Source: Podarcis pityusensis (Eukaryota). From it: a stretch of DNA of 64,000 nucleotides. Position 1 is the stretch's first letter; the number at the start of each line of letters is the position of its first letter. Positions 37,757-51,441 of the stretch are shown one piece after another. The notes below the pieces were generated by a model. It saw only the letters and a list, made by a program, of their open reading frames with translations, did no database searches and was not told the origin of the DNA. The stretch lies in assembly GCA_964106645.2 (NCBI GenBank), contig OZ067051.1, one strand, 5' to 3'. Made by a program: the position numbers and the translations under genes.

Positions 37757-39230
37757 GTGAGGTCTTGATTCTTTCTAGGATTCTTGATGCTCATAAACTA
37801 TCCCTAACTGTAGTTGATAATTAACTTTGGATGATATAATGTTAGAATTTTTTTTTTTAAAATTCCCAGCATGCCATATATACTGCTACTATCTGCATTC
37901 TCTATAGAGAAGGAGCCCTGTACAATTATTCCATAGTAATTTGCAGTGGTGATTGGTATGGTGGGGTCATCACTGCCGTGTACCTGGACAGGGCTGGTGG
38001 GGAGGAGGGTGGCTGCAAAGTTGAGGTTATGTTGTAAAGAAAATCCAGTGGTCTTGCTGTGCATCACTGACCTTACTGCCATCCCCCAGTGCCCTCCAGG
38101 TAAGCTGTAGTGATGTTGATGGTGGGGGGGGGGGTCTTTGTGGCTCCACCCCACCTACTATTACTGGTAATATGCATGCATGGATTCTCAGTTGTAAAAA
38201 AAAAAAGTTCCTTTAGTCGTCTTTGTGTGGAAGACCTTAAAGTTTTCTTCAAGGCATTAAAATGTCTCAGGCATTTCACTTGTCTACAGGACCCGACTAA
38301 AGGTCATCTTCTAATTTGGAGAATGTTCATTACTGAGCAGAAGAGCATCACTAACAGTATTTCCTTTGAGAATTTTATGTACATTCTTTCTTCCCTAAAA
38401 ATCCAGATTTTCTTTGATTCCTTGTGGGCTATTTTCTGAGAACCATTTATACTTTCTTTGCCCAACAGCTTTTATGGTGACGATAACAATTAGGAGCTCA
38501 AGTCCTGGAAAACATGGAGAAAGAGAAGGGCAATTAAGAAAACTATGCAGAGGTGTGCCTTCCAGTCAGGAAAATTATTTGACAGGAAATATTTATAATG
38601 GGAAGATAAGAAGAGCTGGATCAGACACACCAAAGTCCCTAGGGATCTAGTCTGTCTGTGTATCCACATGTTGAAGGGGCCTTTCATGCAGGAGCCCCTC
38701 CAGGTGGGCACAGAGGCATTTGTTGTATGAGGAGCACCTAATCTGCCACGGGGAGAAAATCTGTGAGGAAATTTGAACTGAGCACAGTTTTACATAACTC
38801 TGTCAAGCAGGCCTGGACAATGTGTTGATGTATCGCCCAGGACCGGTATGAGGGGCAGACCATGATGGCAACTTCACTCGGCAGTATACTGCAGGAGAAA
38901 CCAGTGCCGCTGCTGAGTCCTTCTGCCACCAGTGCTGCTTTCAACATTGGGCTGCTGGTAGCAGAGGGACTCAGGAGTAGTGGCGGGTTCACCTGTGATA
39001 TACTGCTGGGTGAAGCCTTCTCACTCCCCAGCCGAGCTATACAAAGAAGCCCTAAGGTTCCTCACGCTTGCTTGCTTGCTTGCTTGCTTGCAGGCAAGCA
39101 GGAGGGACTTTGGGGCTCGCTCAGCTGGGGGGCAGGAGCCTTCCCACCCCCCAGTTGAGCAGCACAAACAAGCTGTGTGGTCCCCAGCACCTCATGGGGT
39201 GCCTCATGAAAGCGCCTCAGCTAAACCTCA

Positions 39231-39571
39231 GTTAAACCACAGAGCCTAGGAATTGCCGATCAGAAGGTCGGCAGTTCGAATCCCCATGATGGGGTGAGCT
39301 CCCGTTGCTCGGTCCCTGCTTCTGCCAACCTAGCAGTTTGAAAACACGTCAAAGTGCAAGTAGATAAATAGGTACCGCTCCAGCGGGAAGGTAAACGGCG
39401 TTTCCATGCGCTGCTCTGGTTCGCCAGAAGCGGCTTAGTCATGCTGGCCACATGACCTGGAAGCTGTACGCCGGCTCCCTCGACCAATAAAGCGAGATGA
39501 GTGCCGCAACCCCAGAGTCGGTCATGACTGGACCTAATGGTCAGGGGTCCCTTTACCCTTTACCTTTACCT
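39231..39571 (+). mobile_element. Sauria SINE
   Basis: B-box-like cagttcgaatccc, conserved body, tail ccctttaccctttacctttacc. Confidence 0.85.
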
Positions 39572-39997
39572 ATAAAATGTACCAGGCATACATTTAACAA
39601 ATTATTTTCTAAAATTAAATTCTAAAATCTCCACCAATTTTTCAAATTAAATTGCTTCTCAATCTTCCACCTCCTCTGATTCATACTCTAAAATAGATTA
39701 CTTTGCAACTGATGAAAAGCTTCCTTTCTATAAGGTAAAGATCATCTAAGGCAGGTGGTAGTTGGCTTACTGAAGACAATTATGAATTTGTAGATATATG
39801 TTGCGAATTGGACTAGATGACCTTTGGGACCCTTCCAACTCTATGATTCTGTACTTCCCATTTATGTGTCATTGGTTTTATCATTGACAGACCTTTTTTT
39901 CTTAAAGTATTTGATACAGTGTTGGGGAAGCAGCTATTCTACAGATTTATATCTTACTAATTAAAATTTACTAATTTAGTATTCACATTTTTGTTAG

Positions 39998-40103
39998 GTC
40001 ACATCAGTTAGAGGAGGTTACAGCTAGTCTGCGAGAACGAATCAAACATCTGGATGACATGGTTCTTTGCCAACAGAAGAAAGTCAAGCACATGGTTGAG
40101 GAA
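39998..40103 (+). CDS. MYZAP: MYZAP exon 10
   Basis: ttag|G+SHQLEEVTASLRERIKHLDDMVLCQQKKVKHMVEE|GTAAGT. Confidence 0.96.
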
Positions 40104-40326
40104 GTAAGTTGTGGCATTTTTATTTATTTTTTACTCTGAATAACCTAATATTCTAATGTGAAGATTTTCTTAAGGCAGAGATTGGAAACATATTATCAAA
40201 TAGATGTAATTATCATAAATATTTTTTCAAGAACAATCATGTTAAAATGTTTTTAAAATGTTAATTTAAATTTTCACTTTGACCAATCACAGACCAATAT
40301 ACAGACCATATACCAGAAATCAGACA

Positions 40327-40457
40327 NNNNNNNNNNNNNNNNNNNNNNNNNNNNNNNNNNNNNNNNNNNNNNNNNNNNNNNNNNNNNNNNNNNNNNNNNN
40401 NNNNNNNNNNNNNNNNNNNNNNNNNNNNNNNNNNNNNNNNNNNNNNNNNNNNNNNNN
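40327..40457. other. Assembly gap (131 N)
   Basis: Run of n in MYZAP intron 10; exons 10 and 11 join in frame, so no constitutive exon appears to be lost. Confidence 0.99.
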
Positions 40458-41611
40458 TTTATTATTAAAAATATTGCTGTTTTCTTAATGATCTTGGCCA
40501 ATGTGGCAGTTGGAACATGAAATGCAAACATAATTTCTAGCTAATGAAGTTAATGTCAGTAGATTTTATTGTTTATAGCCAATGGCCGTCACAATACAGT
40601 TTGAGCACAAATCACACAGCTACAAAGGTACATTTAAGGCTCACACAGTTTTATGGAGGATTGTAAAGCAACTGAAAGATATCTGTTTGTTACATTCTCC
40701 TATTTGTAAGCCCGTTATCTGCCATATTCAAAAATACTAGTATAAGCAAATCAGCTTCCCACCTCCCTTTGCTGCCTGCTGTAGAGGCTTCTTTGTGCTT
40801 GTCTTTGAAAGGGTTGGCATACTCCCTGCCACTGAAAATGTACCTCATGTTGTGCATCATGGTTTTTTCTGTGTCCATTTTCTCTGAATTGACATGGTTG
40901 TTTGTGAGAGCCAAACTGACCTCTAATGGGTCTAAGCAGGCAGCAATTTGGGATCTCTGCATTGGTAGGTTTTTGGATAAGAAATGCCAGCACAAAGTAG
41001 TGTCCAACTAGTCATTATTTATTTTCTATTTCAAACAAGTATTCTTTGGATTAGATTTAAACCAGAGTTAATTTTATCTACTTTATGCATCCTGTCCTGT
41101 TATATAATCCTAGTGTGATTAGCAACCTCATTCAGAGATTGTGGCTAACTCTGGTTCATGATAAACAGGAAATGCATTTTTATTTATTTAAAATATTGCT
41201 TAACCACCCTTCATCAAAATGTTATAGGGTGATGTACAAAAGTGCAAATAAAATTAATTCACACAACATATAAATATTGGACACCGACAAATATTACAAA
41301 ATACAACAGTGGCACAATCTTATGGTCCCTGGAGGATGTACCAAGATTCAAAATAGGATTGGATCTAGTCACCAAGGTACGCCTTGGCCCACCCAGCACC
41401 AGTCAGTAGGGCCAAAAAGGGGGCATGTTTGGTGTTCCACAAAGCGGCTTGGACCCAAAGACTCCGAAATCCTCCTGGTGCCATGAAACCACCTGGAACA
41501 CAGTGTATTTCTCCACCGTCGCTTCTGCTCTAGCATATCAAGCCCAGCCACACATGAAGGTGGTTCATCCACCTTCATCCCCCACCCTTCCAGAAATGCA
41601 CGCTCAAAGTA

Positions 41612-42317
41612 CAGTGGTACCTCGGGTTACATACGCTTCAGGTTACATACGCTTCAGGTTACAGACTCCGCTAACCCAGAAATAGTGCTTCAGGTTAAGA
41701 ACTTTGCATCAGGATGAGAACAGAAATCGTGCTCTGGTGGTGCGGCAGCAGCAGGAGGCCCCATTATCTAAAGTGGTGCTTCAGGTTAAGAACAGTTTCA
41801 GGTTAAAAGCGGACCACCAGAACGAATTACCGGACAGGCTATGGCAGAAGCCAAAACAGCGAGCGCGATCCATCCCGCTCGCTGCTTTGGCTTCTTTACC
41901 TTTGCGCAGCCTCTCCCGGCTGCAGCGAGCGGGATGGATTGCGCTCACTGCCTTGACTTCTTTAGCCTTGCGCAGCCTCTCCCGGCTGGAGAGGCTGCGT
42001 GCGGCTATGGCAATTCCCCCACCTCCTGCAAAAGCCACAGGAGCCGCACACACTTTAAGGAGTGCGCGTCTCCTGCGAGCTTTTCTACGAGGAGGGAGAA
42101 GGGACTGACTGGCCGTGTCAGACCCTTCTCCCTCCTAGGGAAAAGCCTGCAAGAGCCGTGCCAAGCTTGTGTGCGGCTCTTGGGGGCTTTTCATGCCTGC
42201 CTCCCCCCTGCATTCGCTCCACAGGACGCACAGACTTTTCCCCTTAGTTTTTAAGAGGGGAAAAGTGCGTCCTATGGAGCGAAAAATACGGTAAGTACTT
42301 AACTCAAGGTACCACTG
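41612..42317. mobile_element. Tigger-like MITE with a nested Tc1/mariner MITE (41830-42291)
   Basis: Outer TIRs cagtggtacctc/aggtaccactg with TA TSD. The inner element splits gaatTA|agtactt, and its right end gtgcgtcctatggagcgaaaaatacgg is like that of the 19853 element. Confidence 0.85.
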
Positions 42318-42415
42318 TATTGAAAGCTGATATGATCCAGCAGATTTTCATCTTAACTGAGCCTGGCTTTGTGCAAGCCATTATGCTTATTTGAGGGCCA
42401 AACTATACATTATGT

Positions 42416-43006
42416 CAGTGGTTTTCAACCTTTTTGAGTCCACAGCTCCCTTGACCAACTACATTCTTTCTGTGGCACCCCCTGTGGAGCTCAGGAGCGC
42501 AGTTATGCCACCCCTTGCCAGAAGAGCTGGCAGCCTCTCACCCTTTCTCGAACACCCTCCCTTGTGCAGTATTCCCTCAGCCTCCTCTTCTCTCTCCTTG
42601 GGAGTCCTCCAAGCAGCTGCTGCTGCCATCCCTTGTCTCTGAGCTGCCCTCCCTGCCCCAAAGAGAGGTGCCTCCTTACACTGCCCCACAGGGGCCTGGG
42701 ACTTGTCTGTCTATTCCCAACAGCAAGGATTGGTGGACTGGCTGGCTGGGCTCTCTTGCCTGCTTGCTTGCTTACTTCAGCTCCTGGCAACCAGCACCCC
42801 CTGTCCAGCCCCAGAGGCAGCATTTGCCCTGCAAGCTTGTAGCCAGGGCTTCAACAAACAGCTGTGGAAGCCTTGGGGAGGTAGAGATGCGAGAGGGCAT
42901 CAGAAGAGGGAGGGAGGGAGGGACAGAGGACAGAGTTGCCCACAGCACCCCTGACCATCATTCAAGGCACCCCAGGGTGCCAAGGCACACTGGTTGAAAA
43001 CCACTG
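42416..43006. mobile_element. hAT non-autonomous element with GC-rich interior
   Basis: Perfect TIRs cagtggttttcaacc/ggttgaaaaccactg and perfect TSD CATTATGT (42408-42415, 43007-43014). Confidence 0.9.
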
Positions 43007-44282
43007 CATTATGTTAATTGTATAGATTCAGTTAATACATTGTTGTTACGGTTTATTTATTTTAAAAATATTTATATGCTGCTGTATCATAAAAAATATA
43101 TCACAGCGGTTTACAAGTCCATGGTATCAAAAGCAGCTGAGAGATCAAGTAGAAGTAAATAGTATATAGCAGCCCCAGAGAAGCTTGAGCAACCTTGTTC
43201 TCTTCCGTGCCACCGTCCCAACAAAAAAATGACTTTCTGAAGCTGCTATTTTTATTTCAGCAGAACCTTCCCCAACCTCCATGGTCATGCTATTTAAATA
43301 ACAAAAGCCACACTGATAAAGCACTGATAACATTCATGCAGTTAATGTCATGCCTAGTTTTGCCCTGAGCCTTGCAGTATCTGCAAAATGAGAATGTTAA
43401 TACTCTACCTCTCAGGATGGTTTGAGGAAATGAAGTCAGTTATACCACACTTTGCATTAAAAAAATGGCATCAGATGCTGATGTGAGTTCTTCATGTACC
43501 AGCAACTCTACAACCTCTCCCTCTCTCCTTCTCTCTCATTATTTGGTAGCACAGGAGGGGTTTGCCTTTAAAATGAAAGAATCACCAACTTCATGGAATG
43601 TGGCTATACAACCATCATGACCAGTTGCCACTGATAGCCTGAAAACCCTCCATTAATTTGTCTAATCCCCCTTTAAATCATTGAACTTTGTGGCCATTGG
43701 AGAAGTGAATTTGCTGTGTGAAGAAGTGCTTCCTTTTTTCTGCCCTGAATCTTCCAACCGTCAGCTTCACTGGATGGCCCTGAGTTAGAACTCAGGTATT
43801 ATTAGAGTATTATGAGCTCAGTATTATGAGAGGGAGTAGTTTTTTTCTTTGTTCACATTCTTCACACTGTGCACAATCTTATGCACATCTATCACGCCCC
43901 ACTTTATTCCCACTTTTTTCTAAACTAATGCCCAAGTATTGTAACCCTTGACATTTGTGGTTACCCTTTTCTTCACTTTTGTGCTCCAAGTTTCATTTCC
44001 TAGCATTTTTGTTTACCTCTTAACGATATTAAGTGATTTATAATTTGCATCAGCTTTGTCTTTATGTTGAGCAGTTGTGTATAATTAATGCTTGTACAGG
44101 GCTGTAAATATGTAAGTAGAACCAAACAAATAACAAACCTGAAAAACTAGTTTATAGGAACTAATTTATATGTAAAATCTCTTAGAGTTTCTGGCAGGTG
44201 TTGCTGTCACTTACATTCTAAAATGAAGAAAGCCAAGTAGCATAGAGGAGGAAGGGAGTGAATTAAGCTGCATGCACTATGC

Positions 44283-44532
44283 CAGGGGTCAGCAAACTTT
44301 TTCAGCAGGGGGTCGGTCCACTGTCCCTCAGACCTTGTGGGGGGCCGGATTATATTTTGAAAAAATAAATAAAAATGAATGAATTGCCCCACAAATAACC
44401 CAGAGATGCATTTTAAATAAAAGCACACATTCTACTCATGTAAAAACACACTGATTCCGGACTGTCCGCGGGCCAGATTTAGAAGGCGATTGGACTGGAT
44501 CCAGCCCCCGGGCCTTAGTTTGCCTACCCATG
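44283..44532 (+). mobile_element. hAT MITE
   Basis: caggggtcagcaaac...gtttgcctacccatg, perfect TSD CACTATGC. Confidence 0.9.
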
Positions 44533-47500
44533 CACTATGCCAAGACTAGAAAAAATAATTGTATGTTTGAATGTGTGATATTTAACAGGGATAGAAATCT
44601 TTTAGCTCACTGTAGGAAATTTTGTTGTAACCTGCCATTTGTGAATAATAAGGAATTAATGGATGGATGAAGAAACAGATGATGATGAAACAGATCTGAC
44701 AGACCTTAAAAAGAGAAATTCAGAGTATGAATTTGGTCTATGTTCCTTGAAAAAATGTCATTTATGGCCCAATCTTCAAGAAGTTCCATTTCAGGGAATG
44801 ACCAGCCCCTATAGTGAAGGTGCTGTTTATCATAGTTACTTTCCTACACCATTCCAGTAAGGTTTGGATATGAGAGATTACATGCAGAGATCAAATAACG
44901 TTGTTACTTGCAGTGCCAGTACTAACTCTTTGTCTCTCCCTGCCAACCTCTTAGAAGGCTAGAAAGTAATGACATAATACATCTCATCTGTGTGACCTCC
45001 CTAGTTCAGACATTACTGAAACGGTATAGTTAGGAACTACAGAGAAGTGGCAACTGTTCTGTTAAGAACAAGCTCTAAGCGTGAGAAATGCTGTTTCCCC
45101 TCTACTGTGGCCAAACATTTTGTTTTCATGGTATAATTTGTGGTAATTGTTTTGCGTTGCCTGCACATACAGCATCTGGAAATTAATGGAGCCGCTGCCA
45201 AGCTACACAAATATGATTCTCTTGTTCATACACTTTACATTAACTCTACAGAAATTCATATAGAAACAGCTGTCTAAAATATGAGCATCCTGATTAGTAG
45301 TTAGTTGGAAGCCCAGCTGTATTCATATTTTCCTTGGAAGGATCAGGAAGAAGAGTGGAGGATAGCAAAGTGATAGGCTCTTTCAGGATTTGGTGTTGGT
45401 GACCCTGCCAGACCACTCCTGTACTTAGTTCCCTTGGAGAGCTCAAAAATATACTTCTAATAGAAAAAGACAGCATTGTTCTCTTGATATTTCTTGGGAA
45501 ATGTATTAATCTAGATTTACCCAAGCCCATGCAAAATAAATGGGAGTAAAACAAACCTTTAAGTAAAAAGCTAATTTGACCAAGCAACAAAAGTGCATTT
45601 TTAGTTTGAGAAATCATGTGCTACAAAATAGCATAGAAAGGAGAAGAGCAAAAAAGTCACTGTTTTGCTGTTTACACAGAACCACATTTAACATCCTCAT
45701 TAGTAAGCCATCTATTCTCTCTCATCATAGGAAGAGGGTAATTGTCAAAGCAGTGCTGATTGATAGATGGGAATTTACAGAATGAGCCAAAAAGGAGTGG
45801 TTGTTTTTTTTAAAAAAAAAGGAAATATATCCCTTGGTTAAGGAGCTGTTTGCAGAATACAGATTTAGAGTGACATTCCCCTAACCAACTGAATTGAACT
45901 GTCTCTAGGTCATGGCACATGAGCTGTTCTCCACATTTAGTCTCAGATTCATTGGAAGATGATAAATGGTGACTACCTGAAACAAAACGATGGAGAGAAA
46001 TAACATGGATGCACCACAACCAAGGAATATTCTCTGATCCGTTCTGTAAAGTTACCCTATATACCCAGGCCAAACTGAATCTTGATTCCTGTAGTTACTT
46101 CGAAAACTCCAGTGTGGTATGATGACAATGTTTGTTTAACAGGCACTTGAAAACCCGGCTGTAGAAGAAGCAATTCTTAAATGCCCTGTTCATACAAACT
46201 CAAGCTTTTGCAAGCTGTGCGATGTTGCATATTTTTCCTTCCCACAAAAGTTACTTGAACACTGAATTAAGCAACTAAAAAAAGAAGACAATGAACCAGA
46301 GAGGTCATGGGCTCAACTTTTTGGTGGATCTGAGAAATGTGTGCCATAAACTACAAAGTTACATTGTGGTAGGGATGTCAGTTCTGAGCACCTGTAATGC
46401 AGGAACAAAAGCAAATTTCAGAACTGTACCAGCTGCTAATTCCAATCCAATGCTTGTGCAATATATTCCCAAAACCAATTACTTAGGTACTTATAGTAGA
46501 GCACTAACTTGTTGTATAATTGACTGGAATTATAGTATCTGTAAAAACAAACTCAGCAAAATGACAATTTTACTGAAAGTTTATGTAGAGTAAATAATAA
46601 TATTAGTAATGGACTGGAATTTTCAAAGGGCATAAGAGGGAGTTAAACTCTAATCATAAATCTCAGTGGGAAAGTTTGGGCAATGAGAATTTTGTGAATC
46701 TCTTGGGGAAACTCCACTCCAGTTTGGTTAGGTTAGACTCTAGACAGCTTTTGAGTAGGCACAAACAGAAACATTCAGACTCCAAGGCTCCACTATTTAA
46801 AAGCCTACTTTTGAGTCAGCCTTATTTTACTGGATTTAATAAACAATGGAATGTATTTAGGTTGAAATCTGATCTTTCTTGCATATAATTTGTCCATTCT
46901 GTAACTGCACTTTCTGTCTCTTGCATACAGTCATGTTTCTGGTGTCTTTTATATCTAACATCATATTCACACAAAAAGCAAATGAACAATGTGGCGAAGG
47001 GCCTTGGCTCAGCGATACAGTGTGCAGAGAGCCCCAGGTTCAATTCCTGACATCTTCAGTTAAAATGATCTCTGTATGAAATACTGGGTTTGTTTCTGCC
47101 TAAGACTTTGGAAAGCCTCTATAAGTATAAGGCAGCTTCATCTATGCTCCTCTTCTATGAAAGACAATATTGTTTGCCTCTGTTACACTGCATAGTGTAT
47201 GATGACAATGATATTGCTTTATAATTCCTGGAATAACCAGAAGGAGGAAGTGTCTATAGGAAATGCCTATGGACAACATCCTGAAGAACAGGGACTTCTG
47301 GCCTTAAAGGGAAAGGAGGATTAGAGATTGTCCAAGAGAGGTATTGAAATAACAGGAGATGATGGGAATGAATGATAAGGAAGTATTGTCATGAAAAATG
47401 ATGTGTTTTGAGGGGAAGACATAGAAGTGAAATCATTTTCATTTTTTAATTAGCTTTTGTTTCTTCTTACAAGTTACATGGACATAATTTCACACACCAC

Positions 47501-48679
47501 TCTGCTCACTTCTAATGGCAGCAACCCCATTTTTCTGTTAATCCTGAACATTGGTCCTGTTTCATATTATACTGTGAAATGTGCTTGATGGTACCATATG
47601 CTCAATTGAATCACTGAAGGCACATAGTCGATGCTGGTGGTGAGTGGCTTGAGATCTCTGGAGCCCAGTTATGCGAAGTGCCCAATAGCACTCTCTCCTG
47701 CCATTGCTGGTGTTTATTCTTGTCGATAGAACTTAAATGCAGCATTATCTTTTCATGTGTTAGGAATATGGGTTGGTTGTTTCACTTTAATAGATCTTGC
47801 AAAGTGTCAAGCTCCTTTAAATGTTTTAAGTATTAATCTGGTTTTTAAAATGCTTTATCAAAACAATGCAAAGATGAGCCAATAACCTTATCAGCCAGTG
47901 CACTTTTATTTTATGCAGTGTTAACTGCATAAAAATACTATTATGTAGCAGCAACATTTTGTGTTACAAGTTTTATTTTAATAAATGTTTTATAATACTT
48001 TTAAACTGCTTCCATTTTCTTTCTTTTTAAAACCCAGGCTATGTGTCATTTTTGGGAAGGCAAAGTGTGTTTCTGTGAGGCTGAGAAGCAATCCTTCTTA
48101 GCTGACTTTGGTGCTATGTTGCCATCTCTTTGAACGCATCCCCTGGTCGAGCGACAGGTTCTGGTACACAATGCTTTAGACAATTACTATTCCACTAGTT
48201 GTTATCATGCTGTAAAAGGGATTCCCAATCACAGAAGGTGAGGTCCTTCCAACATGGCCCAAGACGGCATCAGCTCACCCAATGGGCCCTCTCCTTTCTC
48301 TCCTCCCCCTGCATCCCCAAAATCTGCTCTGGAGAACTAGGGGACCACACAGAGCAAATTTTGGGGGCATCTGGAGGCTGTAGAGGGGAGAATAGAAACT
48401 AGATGTCCACTGTTGCACAAGTGGTGGACTGTTAGCAAGGTCACTTAAATAATGTTGGCAAAATCAAGAAAGAAAAGAATTCCTGATGAATTTGAAGAAA
48501 TAAACAGAAAGGTTTTGACTTCTTAGGTCAGGCCTAGTACATAACAGGGAGAACGTCAACCAAACATATAGAGAAAAACTCCCTCAGAACTACACAGCCA
48601 ATTAGGGCATCATGCCACTCTGCCTAGTTGCTAAGTAACACCTCCCCCATCACCCTCTTGGCTAGCTGACCTTAACACT

Positions 48680-48850
48680 AACAGAATATAACCCTTTTCT
48701 TGCACACGGCATGATTTTTGCTCTTGCACTAACATCACTGGATGTTTCCCAATATGTTTATTTGCAATTCTTCCATGATTCTATCAATTGTATTAATGTT
48801 CTTTAATCTGTAGCCATGGAATTTTACACTGGTTCCATTGGGTATGATCC
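48680..48850 (-). mobile_element. Highly degraded RTE-clade LINE endonuclease N-terminus
   Basis: Minus strand, across frameshifts: WN..V.NSM...NTIDRIMEELQINILG...KRVIFC. Resembles the recalled RTE/BovB APE start TWNVRSM..GKL..V..EM.RL.I.ILGISE...IYYCG. Confidence 0.45.
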
Positions 48851-50104
48851 TCCCAAATATTTAAGGGTCCCTCCAGGTTTTGTTTCGGGCACTGTATTCT
48901 GCAACATGTCAATGATCCCATTATAGAGCATCAGTGGTGCATCATTCTGCTTTATTATTTGTTCTGTGATGTTTCCCCAATGTTACTACATTATTGCTGT
49001 CTGGAAGGGCGCTTTTGACAACAAAAACAGGTCAAAAATTAAATCTGAATTTTGTGGTATAAAAAGTTACAGAATTTTGGCAGGAAGCTGAGACATTCAC
49101 CAAATTGAAACAAAGCAGCTTGTCCACTCTGAAATTTCGTGTTCACAAAGAGTATATTGAAAGTGGGATCACATATAACTGTCCCAATGCCATCATGAGC
49201 AAAAATAATTATGAATTCACAATAAAAATGATATCATTGGGGCTAGGTACGGTAAATCCTTGACTCTCCAAATAAAATCAGGAGGACTTCTAAAAGTGCT
49301 CAACTTTTGCTGGATCACGTTCATCGTATTTCAGTGGCTGCTTGTATGTTGCTTTAAGCTCTGCTGTTTGAGAAGAAATGGGTAAATAGCACACATTATA
49401 TACATAATGCTTCAGCAGTTGATCTTCTGTAAGTGTATTTCAGTGGCAGTTGATAAACGCATATGAGTGGTAGTTCCCTTTAGGTTTCTAGAAGCAACAA
49501 TGCTGATAGAAAATTTTGCTTGAAAAATACTCTCATTTTATCAATGTCCTTCTTGTTACATTTCTTCTTTTCTCATTTGGCTCAAACTTTTTGTTATATA
49601 TACATCTGTAAACAGTGGACTTGTTAAACATCTATTTTAAAAGTATTAACTTGAATAAAAGATTAGTTACACAATCATAGCATTCTAAACACATTTTATG
49701 CATGTGGGTGTAAGTGTAGTGATAGTTTTAGATGGGAATTTGGTTTATTTTGAATAAGAAACCAAAATTTCTCAAGAGCTAATTAAAATAAACAATCCCT
49801 TTGCTGCAGTTTATCTTATTTATTTAAAAAATATTTAATAAGCAAAGGTGAGTGCCATTCAGAAATCTTTTTAATTAGGTGTACATTTTATAGAAAATTC
49901 CTGTTTATATTGCTGTGATTTTATTTTACCATTCTCTTACAGTGACGTAGTAAAAGCTATTTATTATGATTTTCTTTGGCTCACAGTCCCTCTTGTTGAA
50001 TTTATTTGCCCAAACAGGGAAGTTTATAGGTGCACTTGTCTTTGTTACCTCACATTCAATACGAGTGGCAGATGGTACATAAAGCACATAGTCTGCTAAT
50101 GTGC

Positions 50105-50106
<2 letters not shown>

Positions 50107-50151
<45 letters not shown>
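50107..50151. repeat. (ATT)n microsatellite
   Basis: Directly visible; probably the tail of a minus-strand L2-type fragment. Confidence 0.95.
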
Positions 50152-50154
<3 letters not shown>

Positions 50155-51403
50155 TTCCTGCCTTTTTCCCAGTCTGGGATGCTAGGTGGTTTACACAGGT
50201 AAACTAGAAAAAGCTAAAAACATAGAAAATACTATCACTAAAGGATAAAAAATTAGGATAATCATTACAGGATAAAAAAGGTGTGCAGTGTGCTTATATC
50301 TGTCATTTGTGCTCAAAGGGGGTCTAACCAGTCCTCCTGTTCTTAATTCTGCATCTTCTGTTGGCAATTTAAGGCATTTGCTGTAAAAATCCCAGAACTT
50401 AAGTCCTGTTGGATCAGACCCAGCACCAATCTACTCCCAACATCCTGTTCTCACAGTGGCCAACAAGACGCCTCTAGGAAGCAAACAAGCAGTACAGCAG
50501 CCATCATGACTAGTAGCCACTGACATTGCTTCTGTCCTCCATGAATTTATCTAATCCTGTTTTAAGGCCATCCGAGTTTGTGGTCATCATTACATCTTGT
50601 GAGAATGAATTCCATTGTTTAAACCTACTTCAACAGCTGAACCCTGGATATGCTTCTTGGCTTTGGACTGGCCAATGTTTCTGAAATATAAAGAAAATAC
50701 TAAATAGGCCTCTCAGATATAAAGGAAGTATTCCACCCCACCCCCAACCCCGAGTTCCAAATAGTTGCCTGCAGTGGTCTCCTGCAGTTAGATAGGTGGT
50801 GACCAGGGACTGGGTCTTTTTAGTGTTGGCACCCTTCTTTGGAACACCCCCCTTGGTCCACAATCCTAGTGCCTCCTCTTAGCTCTAGCTGTCAGGTAAA
50901 TACAATTTTATTCACCCAGACTTTAAACTTGCTAAGCATTTGCTGCTATTGGAATACTACAATTTTCGAATCAGGTCAGTTTATCTTCAGTTAATTTAGA
51001 GTTTTAATATTTTGACATTTAGTGTGGATTCTTTTTAAAGTTCTCTTGATTTTCATCCTATTATTTGTTTGTTTTTATTTGCTTGCTTGCTTAGGTATAT
51101 AAATAGTTGTTTGTGATTGGAGGTAAACAAATACAGTGATGACTGTAATGTCGTGGGAGCAAATAAGGAATTGTACCTAGCTGCCCTGAATTGCCTTTAA
51201 TCTAAATGAAATAAGATAATTACTGTCTAGTCATCCATGGTATGGTTTTCCGGACCCATCCTGGTATGTTGTGTACCAGCCCTAACAGGTATTGACAAGA
51301 GGCACTATCTTGTTTGGTTGCCTCCTTCCATGTGCAGACGCATTTCCTGCCATGCTGCCTGCCTCTCCTGTCTTCATACACTGATGCAATTCTCCAGGGA
51401 CTT

Positions 51404-51405
<2 letters not shown>

Positions 51406-51437
<32 letters not shown>
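51406..51437. repeat. (CA)n microsatellite
   Basis: Directly visible. Confidence 0.95.

Positions 51438-51441
<4 letters not shown>

Noticed and set aside
46117-47284. 14-bp direct repeat GTATGATGACAATG (46117, 47197) with a C-box, and a CTGA at 47281, as possible C/D snoRNAs or a TSD
   Set aside because: No terminal stem and no recognisable rRNA/snRNA antisense element. A 14-mer repeat at about 1 kb spacing is plausible by chance in AT-rich DNA.
48700-48800. Possible Penelope GIY-YIG motif (HIG-ETS...R..H) on the minus strand
   Set aside because: Needs several frameshifts; the in-frame MEELQINILG reading fits an RTE APE endonuclease better.
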